Shown here: piece by piece, positions 9,801 through 18,967 of the stretch
Layout of the letters: each line of letters begins with the position of its first letter
How positions within the stretch are numbered: position 1 is the first letter of the stretch
Assembly (NCBI GenBank): GCA_015232565.1
Contig: JADFZK010000001.1
Location: 13,160 to 77,159, forward strand
Length of the DNA: 64,000 nucleotides
Source of the DNA: Candidatus Omnitrophota bacterium
Lineage (GTDB): Bacteria > Omnitrophota > Gorgyraeia > Zapsychrales > Fredricksoniimonadaceae
Direction: 5' to 3'
Made by a program: the position numbers and the translations under genes
Notes under the pieces: generated by a model
What the model was told of the DNA's origin: nothing
Databases searched by the model: none
What the model saw: the letters and a program-made list of their open reading frames with translations, nothing else

Positions 9801-10628
9801 ACGGTTGCAGCTGATAGTTTATTCAACGCCATAACAGAGTATATTGTTAAACAACATCCAGTGGAAGGTGAGCAATCCATCAGAATTCGGTGGCCAGCAA
9901 AGGACGAAGGAAAGTCGGGCATAAGGCAGTGGGAAAGAGGGATTAGCATGTTGGAAGGTGGGAATCTTAGTCCAAGAGTCTGGACAGGAACGAGTGGGTC
10001 TGATGGACAAGTGGCCATGCTATGGGAGAATATCGCGGATGATGCTCCTTTGCAATACGTGAAAGACTGGCTGGCGAAAGAATCTGCCAAACAGCCGACC
10101 GCCGCTACTGCAGGTGTAGAAGTTAGTCCAGTGGGAAAAGCCGCATTCTCTGGTTCTAATGCTCAACCATTAGTTTTTCAAGAGTACCAGGATATGTTTA
10201 GAGCGTACTCAAATTCGGATGGGATCCGTAGGAAGTGGTTAAGAATTACAACCAAAAATAATGAGGTTGTTAGAGTTCAGGTCATCGGAATGAATGATAA
10301 TTGGATCTTTGGCTTGGATGATAAGCGAGAAAGAGTATATATTACTAGAAACGACTTCAAAAGCGCCACCAGTGATCCTTCTGCGAATCAGGCTTTTTCT
10401 CCCGGCGGTATCGAGCTTAATGCCAAAAGAATGGGTTTGGAGGTGGCAAAGGACGGCAAAGGTGTTAATATGACTATTGACCCGGCTATGGTCGCCGATT
10501 TTGAGCGCGGGGATTTCTCCGGCGTGGTTCCGGTTATTCTGCAGATCGTGCCGATCCGTAATCCGTTGGTTACTTTGGGCCTGGGGGGCGATGCGCCGGC
10601 TGAGAAACTGATACAGGGAAAAGCATGA
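6849..10628 (+). CDS. Large secreted modular protein (conserved-type N-terminal domain, variable middle, C-terminal GGI(D/E)LN module; Omnitrophota-type)
   Basis: 1259-aa ORF; signal peptide ending WA-Q; LPAPGTMV...KGLKVHPENPLLFDFILDTG...LWVNLSPFERDR...TFNKVWIV...PRKYFSGG; C-terminal PGGIELNAKRMGL...FSGVVPVILQIVP. Confidence 0.85.
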   Translation: MNVNHYKGTVVYRSICSLLILSFIFSAVVPPRSGWAQTVLNLPAPGTMVMASPAFMPVLIKGLKVHPENPLLFDFILDTGSTKLATNEKPGLDVNGPEFKAETQKLIKYFLASLTIKEDDLWVNLSPFERDRMIAADLGQTELGRDMLAQDYMLKQLTASMIYPEKELGQAFWAKVYAQAQEQFGTTDVPVDTFNKVWIVADKAQVMEHNNAAYVVGSHLKVMLETDYLATSTSAMPTRGHDAPPADTNERGFVSPRRLPTSQPTNVKATQVSTPTPNPTKVPNDINDTNNTNATTPENNIAKNILREIVLPMIEKEVNEGQNFAPLRQMFFSMIMASWYKQALKGALLNQVYTNKAKTGGVQVDDQSAKEKIYEQYLQAYKKGVFNYIKEDAGLALNPGADPEAQQSIPRKYFSGGLIVMKNFAGKGPTIVPFDGAAVVRDFSAAVNVRARMDQSQSIDRETLESVQISLNELMGKPVTRDVLQNELTSKARLSGVSVDDGIIKGVKAGTIVVRESGIEYGFTQDELNKLAGNPNQMTFTVMLLSKGKLASFLVVIPRGTAVDIATIALDEAFKKYDNARMSLEQIQSGGRGYTEEQQKPGRKKDQDLQDERDKMAEGLAEMIPRVKVVLSLGGSVAWNIRDIVGEKVKPYLSCFVTFTRKDGRVYDITVNGEKVVVPISRHLHPYWGNLVAMHPDLRPLEHVKLSVALAGYAVTEHDINDITTDESQKSLIDAGYNKLTEGQSLRFALKPGTMGIMLDIERSGKTRRERVYLSVNNHYQLIVASELIGGVRQVTLDAYGFVDLDALLESDVSVEIQWNNGEIVVHSSRRSADPLLVKRSVFFPDNNSGEQEVIVSSSSGKSERTIINDDFREGKGNEYQVNGAKVLLVSSGSNPDKRHVVVSAFADVKPGSGQEFTVQLVDPSMQTWESLALEIRAQFLAALKSDLERALPGDITNIGLRGRYDYEGYGIAFPAIAKLIQEGTVAADSLFNAITEYIVKQHPVEGEQSIRIRWPAKDEGKSGIRQWERGISMLEGGNLSPRVWTGTSGSDGQVAMLWENIADDAPLQYVKDWLAKESAKQPTAATAGVEVSPVGKAAFSGSNAQPLVFQEYQDMFRAYSNSDGIRRKWLRITTKNNEVVRVQVIGMNDNWIFGLDDKRERVYITRNDFKSATSDPSANQAFSPGGIELNAKRMGLEVAKDGKGVNMTIDPAMVADFERGDFSGVVPVILQIVPIRNPLVTLGLGGDAPAEKLIQGKA
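7556..7627. repeat. Palindromic GGGGACA...TGTCCCC element in frame within the large CDS
   Basis: ggggacatgatgccccgc (7564-7581) pairs with gcggggcttcgtgtcccc (7598-7615); outer caacc/ggttg. Confidence 0.6.
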
Positions 10629-11110
10629 AGAAACCTTTGTTCATAATGTTGGTGTTTATGTTCCTGACGGGTTTGGCCGGGGCGGAGCCGATGCCCCGGG
10701 TCATAACTCTTAAGGACGGCTCAACTATTCAGGGGAAGATCCTCGGGATGGAGAAAGGCGCTTACCTGATAGAAAGCGCGGCCATCGGCGAGTTGCGGGT
10801 TAAGGAGAGCGAGGTGGTCTTGATCACGGCTCCCGGAGCGGCGCCCCGGGAGAATATTCCGCCCGCCGCGGAAAGCCCCGATCTGCAGGCCGTGCAGGCC
10901 AGAATGATGGCCGATCCGTCTTTGATGGCCGAGCTCCAGGCTATCGCCAGCGATCCGGAAGTAATGGCTTTGGTTACCGACCCGGCTTTTATGCAGGCCG
11001 CGCAGGCCAGGGATATGGCGGCTATCCAGGCCAACCCGCGCACGGCGCAGTTAATGAATAATCCCAAGGTTAAGGCCTTGATCGAGAGAATGCAGGCTGT
11101 ACGTCGTTAA
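10625..11110 (+). CDS. Exported protein with Sm-like beta domain and STI1/DP-type Met-rich helical repeats
   Basis: Signal peptide ending AGA-E; VITLKDGSTIQGKILG; MMADPSLM...SDPEVMALVTDPAFM...LMNNPKVKALIERM; ATGA overlap with upstream gene. Confidence 0.7.
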   Translation: MKKPLFIMLVFMFLTGLAGAEPMPRVITLKDGSTIQGKILGMEKGAYLIESAAIGELRVKESEVVLITAPGAAPRENIPPAAESPDLQAVQARMMADPSLMAELQAIASDPEVMALVTDPAFMQAAQARDMAAIQANPRTAQLMNNPKVKALIERMQAVRR

Positions 11111-11156
11111 TTGCTTGCCATTTCCCCGGGGTTCCTGGGGGATAATTTTAAAAAAG

Positions 11157-11184
11157 TTGTTCAATTCCGTTTTTTTGTTATAAT
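11157..11184 (+). promoter_or_regulatory. Promoter of gap
   Basis: TTGTTC, 16 nt spacer, TGn-TATAAT (11179-11184). Confidence 0.55.
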
Positions 11185-11199
11185 CCAACCCAAACTTAA

Positions 11200-12339
<1,140 letters not shown>

Positions 12340-12341
12340 TC

Positions 12342-12367
12342 GTAGGGGCCGACTTTATGTCGGCCCG
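12342..12367. repeat. GTAG-type REP-like palindrome
   Basis: GTAG-GGGCCGAC-TTTAT-GTCGGCCC directly after the gap stop; related stem-loop at 15420-15438. Confidence 0.6.
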
Positions 12368-12404
12368 TCGTATTGACGATAATGTCTTTGACGAATTGTT
12401 TGCA

Positions 12405-12446
12405 AAAAAGAGCGCTCCCGGCAACAGGAGCGCTCTTTTTATTTTT
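12405..12446 (+). terminator. Intrinsic, probably bidirectional, terminator after gap
   Basis: aaaaagagcgctcc-cggcaaca-ggagcgctcttttt-attttt. Confidence 0.85.
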
Positions 12447-12518
12447 CAAGGATTCTTGAAAAATAACTCCCACAGCTGCCTGGCGGCCAATTGGCCGCCG
12501 GAGCGAAGGGAGTACTTA

Positions 12519-12547
12519 TTGAATTTTTTGTAGCCATCTGCTATATT
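12519..12547 (+). promoter_or_regulatory. Promoter of second DUF4160/DUF2442 pair
   Basis: TTGAAT, 17 nt spacer, TGn-TATATT. Confidence 0.45.
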
Positions 12548-12581
12548 TTGACTGGATAATAAATTACTTGGAGAAAGAAAT

Positions 12582-12842
12582 ATGCCCGAAATAGCTCGGT
12601 TTTACGGAATTATTATTTCCATGTTCTATGATGACCACAATCCGCCGCATTTTCATGCACGGTATGGAGATGAGAGCGTTGTTATACGAATTGATACACT
12701 AAGCGTTCTGGAAGGTAATGTTTCGGCCAGAGCATTAGGTCTTATTATCGAATGGGCGGCTCAGCATAAAGCAGAATTAATGGAAGACTGGAGCTTGGCT
12801 AAACAAAATCAGGTTCCCAAGAAAGTTGCTCCGTTAAAGTAA
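12582..12842 (+). CDS. DUF4160 domain protein (putative TA component)
   Basis: MPEIARFYGIIISMFYDDHNPPHFHARYG...EWAAQHKAELMEDW. Confidence 0.9.
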   Translation: MPEIARFYGIIISMFYDDHNPPHFHARYGDESVVIRIDTLSVLEGNVSARALGLIIEWAAQHKAELMEDWSLAKQNQVPKKVAPLK

Positions 12843-12852
12843 GGACTGAATA

Positions 12853-13119
12853 ATGTATTACGATGTAAAATCCGCACAATATTGCGATGGTTATAAAATC
12901 CTGCTTTCTTTTGCGGATGGTAAAGGCGGCATCGTTGATTTTCAGCCGTATCTTCAGAAAGGCGGCGTTTTTGAGAAATTTAAAGATTTAAACTTTTTTA
13001 AGAATTTTCACATTAATGAAGAGGTTGGAGTTTTAAGTTGGGAAAATGATATTGATATCGCTCCTGAAACAATCTATTCCAAGGCAACAAAGTTACCAAT
13101 TCCCCAATGGGTTGCGTAA
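12853..13119 (+). CDS. DUF2442 domain protein (putative TA component)
   Basis: YKILLSFADGKGGIVDF...GVFEKFKDLNFF...LSWENDIDIAPETIY. Confidence 0.88.
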   Translation: MYYDVKSAQYCDGYKILLSFADGKGGIVDFQPYLQKGGVFEKFKDLNFFKNFHINEEVGVLSWENDIDIAPETIYSKATKLPIPQWVA

Positions 13120-13928
13120 TTAACAAGATTATTTTTGGCATTTCTCTGAGCATGTTGTTTTGTGCTCACTCCTCGATGGCAGCAGATAATAGTCGCGAAG
13201 ATCAAAAGTGCAAGGTATTTGCTTCGCCGTGTTGTTCTGATGGTTATGTTTGTGCCATGAGTGCGCCTGAATGTAATATGTCCGGGGACTTTAGTTGTAA
13301 GGACAGCCATCCGCCGTCGTTGACTCGGGTATATTGTGAGTATCACAAAGCGTCTAAAGATTATTCCCGGGCCGGATGTTATGAAAGACCCTTGTATGGG
13401 GGTGCGAATTGTAAGGAATATTGTGATTATTGGAAATCCCAGGATTGTAAAAGCACTTTTTCAGAACAACAATTAACCGCGGGATGGGATCCTTTTGACA
13501 TAAACAAATGGCAGGAGAATTGCGGGGACATGGACTGTGAATGTATCAAGACTTCTCGTTGTATTCCCGATGGGGAAAGGCTTGGTGCAAATGGCATGAG
13601 TGCCTGTTGTCCTGGTCTGGCGGATCTTCCGCTTAAGGAATGGGATCCAGCCGGGGCACAGGTGCGCTTTTGTACGAGCAAGTGCGGGGACGGGATATGC
13701 GCACTTCCTGAGACCAAGCTCAATTGCCAGCAAGATTGCGATGACACTTGCATAAAAGAGAAGTGTTTCTACGACGAACAATTCAAAAGATGCCATAAAG
13801 AGGGCGTTCTTTTCTCGAGAAAGCCGTTATCTGCCGGCGGTGTTGATCTACAGCCATGCTGCTATGGATTGAAAGAAACGCCCGCTGGCGAGATGAGTGT
13901 TTGTGTAAGAAAGGATGCAGAAGATTAA
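13107..13928 (+). CDS. Cysteine-rich secreted protein
   Basis: 273 aa with 30 Cys by manual count; signal-like N-terminus; CGDGIC...E...NC..DC motif; three CC doublets. Confidence 0.75.
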   Translation: MGCVINKIIFGISLSMLFCAHSSMAADNSREDQKCKVFASPCCSDGYVCAMSAPECNMSGDFSCKDSHPPSLTRVYCEYHKASKDYSRAGCYERPLYGGANCKEYCDYWKSQDCKSTFSEQQLTAGWDPFDINKWQENCGDMDCECIKTSRCIPDGERLGANGMSACCPGLADLPLKEWDPAGAQVRFCTSKCGDGICALPETKLNCQQDCDDTCIKEKCFYDEQFKRCHKEGVLFSRKPLSAGGVDLQPCCYGLKETPAGEMSVCVRKDAED

Positions 13929-14363
13929 ATGACCGGTTGGAAAACTTTCTTTTATTGTTTGGGGCTGGGCTTTCTGGTTTGCAGTGCCATGTATTTGTCG
14001 GTAGCGCTCGCCCCGTTCGAGCGGCATGATGATTATTTGCTGGAAACTTCCGATCTGCCCCGGGATTGCCGCGCCTCTTTTGTTTACCGGCTGAGCATGG
14101 AGAGCGGGCGTCCGCTGGCTTCCGAAATCGGCGCCTATCAGAGCAATGCAACCTCCCGGAAGAAGCGTCCAACCCAGCTGACGCTAACTGTTGAAAATCA
14201 TGCCTGGATTATTATCCGTCGTAGATTAAGTTTTCTGCAGGTCAGGCTGGGGAGTAAGGAACTGTTTTCGGGGCGTACCCAGGAGAATGATCCAGGGTGT
14301 AGGCGTTCTGATATCAAGGATATTGAGAAAAGGCTCGGCAAAGGACCGGAATGTTTTGACTGA
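13929..14363 (+). pseudogene. Probable N-terminal fragment of a GT-C (GtrII-like) membrane glycosyltransferase
   Basis: One TM helix, then HDDY...SGRPL loop motif; no further TM helices; 3' end overlaps the convergent methyltransferase by 138 bp. Confidence 0.45.
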
Positions 14364-14879
14364 CCAGTGGTTAAGGTGCCCCGGCGTGTTGCCTCGTTCC
14401 CCGAGGTATTTCCCGCGAAGGACGTTGAGAGCCCGCCATAATGGTTCCCGCGGGACCGAGAGAAGGACGTGGGATTTCGCTGTTAGGCAAAGAGCCTCAA
14501 GGGCTTTCCGTGGATCTTCAAGATGTTCCAGGACCTCGCAACAGACCATCAGGTCTGCTGAATCTGATGTGCTGATATTGTAAATGCTTTTTGCGTAGAA
14601 GTATATCGCTGTGTTATGGAACAGGGAGCGGGCTTGTTCGATGATGAGGGGAGATACGTCACAGGCCTTGATGTTCTGATAGCCCCATAGGGAAAGACGG
14701 GTGCTGAGATAGCCCTCTCCGCAGCCCGCCTCGGTTACCGATCCGATTCGGGCGCGAACAGGTTCCAAAGTGTCCTTTATAGCTGATAAGAATCTGTTGG
14801 TCAGATGACGGACGATTGGATTCCCGGATTCATATTTGTTGCAGATATTCCCTGCAATGAGGCCGTTATCAATAATCAT
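14226..14879 (-). CDS. Class I SAM-dependent methyltransferase
   Basis: GNICNKYESGNPIVR, EAGCGEG, DLMVCCEVLEHLEDP, SVPREPLWR, GNTPGHLNHWS. Confidence 0.88.
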   Translation of the reverse strand: MIIDNGLIAGNICNKYESGNPIVRHLTNRFLSAIKDTLEPVRARIGSVTEAGCGEGYLSTRLSLWGYQNIKACDVSPLIIEQARSLFHNTAIYFYAKSIYNISTSDSADLMVCCEVLEHLEDPRKALEALCLTAKSHVLLSVPREPLWRALNVLRGKYLGERGNTPGHLNHWSVKTFRSFAEPFLNILDIRTPTPWIILLGTPRKQFLTPQPDLQKT

Positions 14880-15633
14880 ACGGGCACTTCTTTTTTAGAA
14901 GGGGTGGTTGCATGTTCTGATCTTCTGATTGGTCATCACGGGATATTTTGTATTGTTTTGGCCGAAAAGGGCATGAAATATCTTTAAGAATTTGCCGGTT
15001 CATGATCCGAGTCGAGACATTGATGATGTTACACTGAATGGCCTACTATTTCGATGGCCAGGATGTTTTTTTAAATTTATTAGAATTCCCGGAGTTAATC
15101 AAGTCATTTTATTGAATCTTATTGTGTTCTGGCGATTGTTTTCAACGGCTTGCGTCAATCTGACGTGACACTTCTTTAGGAGCTGATCTATTACTATTCG
15201 GCAGGCCAGGGTGAGTGTTGATTAGTTTGACAACTTGCAGACAATTGTTTCGATCCTGGAGCACAACACCACTTTGGGTTAACAAGAATGCGTTGATCAG
15301 AAGTGCTGTTTTTAATTGGGAATTTGACAAAGCGTCTTTGGTATAGCAATATTGGTTATTATGTATGACCAATTTGGACAGCAATTTCGTCGGTTATAGA
15401 TATTCGGGACATGAATTGCGGCGGACTTTATGTCCGCCCGGGTGGTTATAATTACGGACAAGGACAATCTGGCCCGGGGCATTTCCGGCCGGACAGCGGT
15501 CAATATGGATCTGCCGCTTAAGGCCTTAATGTTGGGTGAGAAATAGCGCGACATAAGCAGGCACGTGTCCCCTGAATTGGAACGTTAACACATCGAATTC
15601 GCTGGAATTAAAAAAGCATTAACCCTAAAGAAT

Positions 15634-17928
15634 ATGCTTAACACATTAACCCTTCATACTCGAATTCTCCTGGGCATAATTCTTGCGGCGGGTGTTGTGG
15701 CTTTTGCGGTGGCTCACGAGAAGCTTACTTTTGCTAACCAACCCATATTTGAACTCTCTCGAACTACGTCCTGGCAAGCCAGCAAGAACCTGATCTACTA
15801 TGGCTCGTCCGGCCCCGTGGTGGAAACACTGAATTCCCATGCTTTGTGGAAGAAATTCGTCCTTAGTTTCAGCCTGGCCAATCCGTTGACCGCCGGCGTG
15901 GTCTATGATATCCGCTCCGAGGGCTGGTACCGGTTTTTTATGTTCAACCGGCCGCAAAGAACCTTGATAGCGGGGCAGAATATAAATGGCGCTATTCGTA
16001 TTGACCGTTCGTGGCCGTTGGAACTTCCTGCCGGTGAGGATCTAGTTTTGCCGTTAACGCTGGAAGTGGATGCCGCGCAGGCAGTTTTGCGCCTGGCGGG
16101 TAAACCGCTGGCATCTTTTGAGGCCGCCATAAAAGTGCCGGCGCGCTTTGGTTTGTATACCGAGCAGGCTACGGTGCGTAATAATGTTTTCCTGAATATT
16201 TTGGTAACCGGTGAGCTGGCCGACGGCCGGGCGGTGAGCCTGGGGCCGGAAAGTTATCAGGACTTCGACCGGGGCAAGCCGCTGGCGCGGCTTTGGACTG
16301 TTCCGGGAATAGGTGCGGTTATTTTGTTGTATGTGCTGGCTATTCTTTTTCTGGTTGTGTTGAAAAATAGCGGACCCGGGGCAATTGCGGTTGGGGGGAA
16401 CCATCCGGGCCGGGCATTGGATATGGCAGGGTTGATCCTGTATGCTTTAGCCGGAGCGGTGGTTTTTGTGAAGGCCTGGCAGTTGGGGCACAAGGTGGCC
16501 TTCTATCCGGCTTACTGGCAGACCATGCCGGCGCTGTTATGCGTTATGTCGATGGATATTCTTCTTCTGGGCTTAAGCTGGTTCTATGCCCGCCGGTTCA
16601 TTCGGCTTTCTCCTTTACTGGTCTTTGTGGTGCTGCCGGTTTTTCTCTATGGGGTGCATATTATCAACCTGAACCTTTTGCATTGGCCGGATCCCTGGTT
16701 CTTAAGAGGAGTGCTTGGCTTGCTGGCCTTACCGATATTGTTTATCAGCAAAGAGCAGGTGGCGGAGTTAAAGAATATTGCCGGCTCGATCTTCAAGGTT
16801 AACCGGTATAACGGGCTGGTTTTATTGTGGCTGGTTTATGTCTCATTATATTTCCTGGAATATAATTTCCGTATGCCCCGCCCGCTTTTTGGCGACGAGG
16901 CCAACCTGTGGTTTGCCGCCGCCCGGAACATGATCCACAATGGCGTCCTGGAGGCTCATTTAGCCGGCTATCCGGCGGGTGGTTACCATCCTTTCGGGAT
17001 ACCTTTTTTGACGGCTATTCCCGGCTTGCTCTGGGGTAGCGGTGATGAAAGCCTGATTTTCTTCATGCCGTTGTTCAATATTATCGTGTTCACGGTTTTC
17101 TTATTGCGTTTACGGCAGCAGCCGGGCCTTTTTCTTTTTTTCTACGCGGCTTCTTTCGTGGTATGTGATTACGCCGGGTTGATCGGTGCTTTGTTGTTCC
17201 GCTTGGTTTACGGGGAAGGTTGGTCGGGGCTTTATTTTCTGGTGATGGGCGCCGAGATCATCCGTTTGAGCCGTAACGGCAAGATCACCGACTGGCGTTG
17301 CTGGCTTGGGCTGGGCATGGCGGCCGGGCTGACTCTGCTTACGAAAAGGCCGGTATATTACTGGGGCGCGATTTTTCTTTTGACCGCGGCGGTTTGCTAT
17401 TTTAGAACGGGCTGTTCGCTCCGGCTTTTGCGTAATTTTCTGGCCGGGGTGGCGGTGTTCTTTTTGCCGGTTGGCGCCTGGGGGTGGCTGGCGCACCAGC
17501 ATGGTATCGGGTCGGCCGTCTCGGTAACGGGGACTATGTTTGGCCCGGGCAGTTGGCATTTTAACTTGGGGATACTGGACTGGCGGGCCATGATGGCCTG
17601 GTCGTATGTTAGTCCGCTGGCCGGTTATTATTTGCTGGGCGCTCTGGTGCTTTGCCTGGCGGCCTGGCGGCGCAGTGCCAGTGTGCATTTATTCCCGCCG
17701 TTGACCCTGCTCATCTTTGTGACCGGATACTATGTCTTTGGTTTTCAAAGCGATTGGACCAGTTCTTCGGTTAGGTACTACATGCCGGCGGCTTTATTGA
17801 TCTTATACCTGGCCGGGCTGGCTCTGGAGGACTGGTTACAGCGTGCGGCCGGTCGGGCGCCAAAGGCGGCGGTGTTCTTATACGGAGTGGCAGGCCTGGC
17901 AATTATTTCCGGGATGGTTATCCTATGA
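15634..17928 (+). CDS. Polytopic membrane protein, GT-C (ArnT/PMT-like) glycosyltransferase-like, with N-terminal extracytoplasmic domain
   Basis: Many TM segments; LFGDEANLW loop, YHPFG, LLTKR, VRYYMP. Confidence 0.6.
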   Translation: MLNTLTLHTRILLGIILAAGVVAFAVAHEKLTFANQPIFELSRTTSWQASKNLIYYGSSGPVVETLNSHALWKKFVLSFSLANPLTAGVVYDIRSEGWYRFFMFNRPQRTLIAGQNINGAIRIDRSWPLELPAGEDLVLPLTLEVDAAQAVLRLAGKPLASFEAAIKVPARFGLYTEQATVRNNVFLNILVTGELADGRAVSLGPESYQDFDRGKPLARLWTVPGIGAVILLYVLAILFLVVLKNSGPGAIAVGGNHPGRALDMAGLILYALAGAVVFVKAWQLGHKVAFYPAYWQTMPALLCVMSMDILLLGLSWFYARRFIRLSPLLVFVVLPVFLYGVHIINLNLLHWPDPWFLRGVLGLLALPILFISKEQVAELKNIAGSIFKVNRYNGLVLLWLVYVSLYFLEYNFRMPRPLFGDEANLWFAAARNMIHNGVLEAHLAGYPAGGYHPFGIPFLTAIPGLLWGSGDESLIFFMPLFNIIVFTVFLLRLRQQPGLFLFFYAASFVVCDYAGLIGALLFRLVYGEGWSGLYFLVMGAEIIRLSRNGKITDWRCWLGLGMAAGLTLLTKRPVYYWGAIFLLTAAVCYFRTGCSLRLLRNFLAGVAVFFLPVGAWGWLAHQHGIGSAVSVTGTMFGPGSWHFNLGILDWRAMMAWSYVSPLAGYYLLGALVLCLAAWRRSASVHLFPPLTLLIFVTGYYVFGFQSDWTSSSVRYYMPAALLILYLAGLALEDWLQRAAGRAPKAAVFLYGVAGLAIISGMVIL

Positions 17929-18959
17929 TGCGTTTGCCGGTTTTCAATCTAGCCCGGGCGGTGCCGGCTTCGCTGGTACTGGCGCTTATTGATCTGGTGG
18001 TTTTTATTCTGGCTTACCGGTCATTTAAAGAAGTTTCTTTAAGCCTGGTGGCGTCGCGGGCTTGTTCGATGAGTATTAATTACGTCTTTATAAAGAAGGC
18101 GGTGTATTTCTCCGGCCGCAAGAATTATTGGGTTTTTGGCAAGTATCTGTTGTCGGTTATTTTCTTCAGCCTGGTTTCGTACGCGGGAATGGTCTTGCTG
18201 ATGGAACAGCTGGCGGTCAGCGTGGTGGCCGCCAAGCTGATGGTAGAGACGGTGCTTTTCACGTTGACCTTTCTGGTCCAGCGGGACCTGGTGTTCGTTA
18301 CCGACGGAGCCCGGCAGAAGACGGATTGGGACCGGTATTACCAAAAGCCGTACCAGGCGGCCCGTTTTTCAAGGAGGATCACGCAAAAGCATATTCTGGG
18401 GAAGATCCGGAAGTATGCGCCCAAGGACCCGTCGGGGCTTGCGATAATTGAACTGGGAGGGGCGAACAGCTGTTTTATTGACAGTATCCTTAAGGCCATT
18501 CGCCCGCGCGAGTACCATGTGGTCGACAATAACGCGGTGGGACTATTGAAACTTAAAGAGCGTACGGCAGGTTTGAGCAATGTGTTCTTGTATCATCAGG
18601 ATGTCCTGACGTTCCAGGCGCCCAAAAAGCTGGACCTGGCTTTTAGTACCGGCTTGATCGAGCATTTTAGTGCCAAAGATGTTGAGCGGGTTGTAAAAGC
18701 CCATTTTTCTGCAGTTAAGCCCGGCGGGGTGGTTTTGTTGACTTTTCCCCGGGCTACCTGGCTTTATCAGCTCACGCGTTTCTGGGCGGTATTGTTCCGG
18801 TTATGGATATTCACCGATGAGAAGCCTTTGGATAAAGAAGAGATCCTGTCCTTGCTGAGCGAACAGGGCGAGATCTTGTACGCTACCACCATATGGCCGA
18901 TATTTTTAACTCAAATGCTGGTGGTCATCAGGAAAACAGCCTATGATGCTGAGGTGTAA
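17925..18959 (+). CDS. GtrA-like flippase domain fused to class I methyltransferase
   Basis: N-terminal four TM helices with AKLMVETVLFTLTFLVQRDLVF; C-terminal ELGGANSCF, FSTGLIEHF. Confidence 0.8.
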   Translation: MMRLPVFNLARAVPASLVLALIDLVVFILAYRSFKEVSLSLVASRACSMSINYVFIKKAVYFSGRKNYWVFGKYLLSVIFFSLVSYAGMVLLMEQLAVSVVAAKLMVETVLFTLTFLVQRDLVFVTDGARQKTDWDRYYQKPYQAARFSRRITQKHILGKIRKYAPKDPSGLAIIELGGANSCFIDSILKAIRPREYHVVDNNAVGLLKLKERTAGLSNVFLYHQDVLTFQAPKKLDLAFSTGLIEHFSAKDVERVVKAHFSAVKPGGVVLLTFPRATWLYQLTRFWAVLFRLWIFTDEKPLDKEEILSLLSEQGEILYATTIWPIFLTQMLVVIRKTAYDAEV

Positions 18960-18967
18960 GGATTGGA

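Noticed and set aside
15142-15554. Two 80-aa minus-strand ORFs in the gap
   Set aside because: No RBS, motif or coding-like composition.
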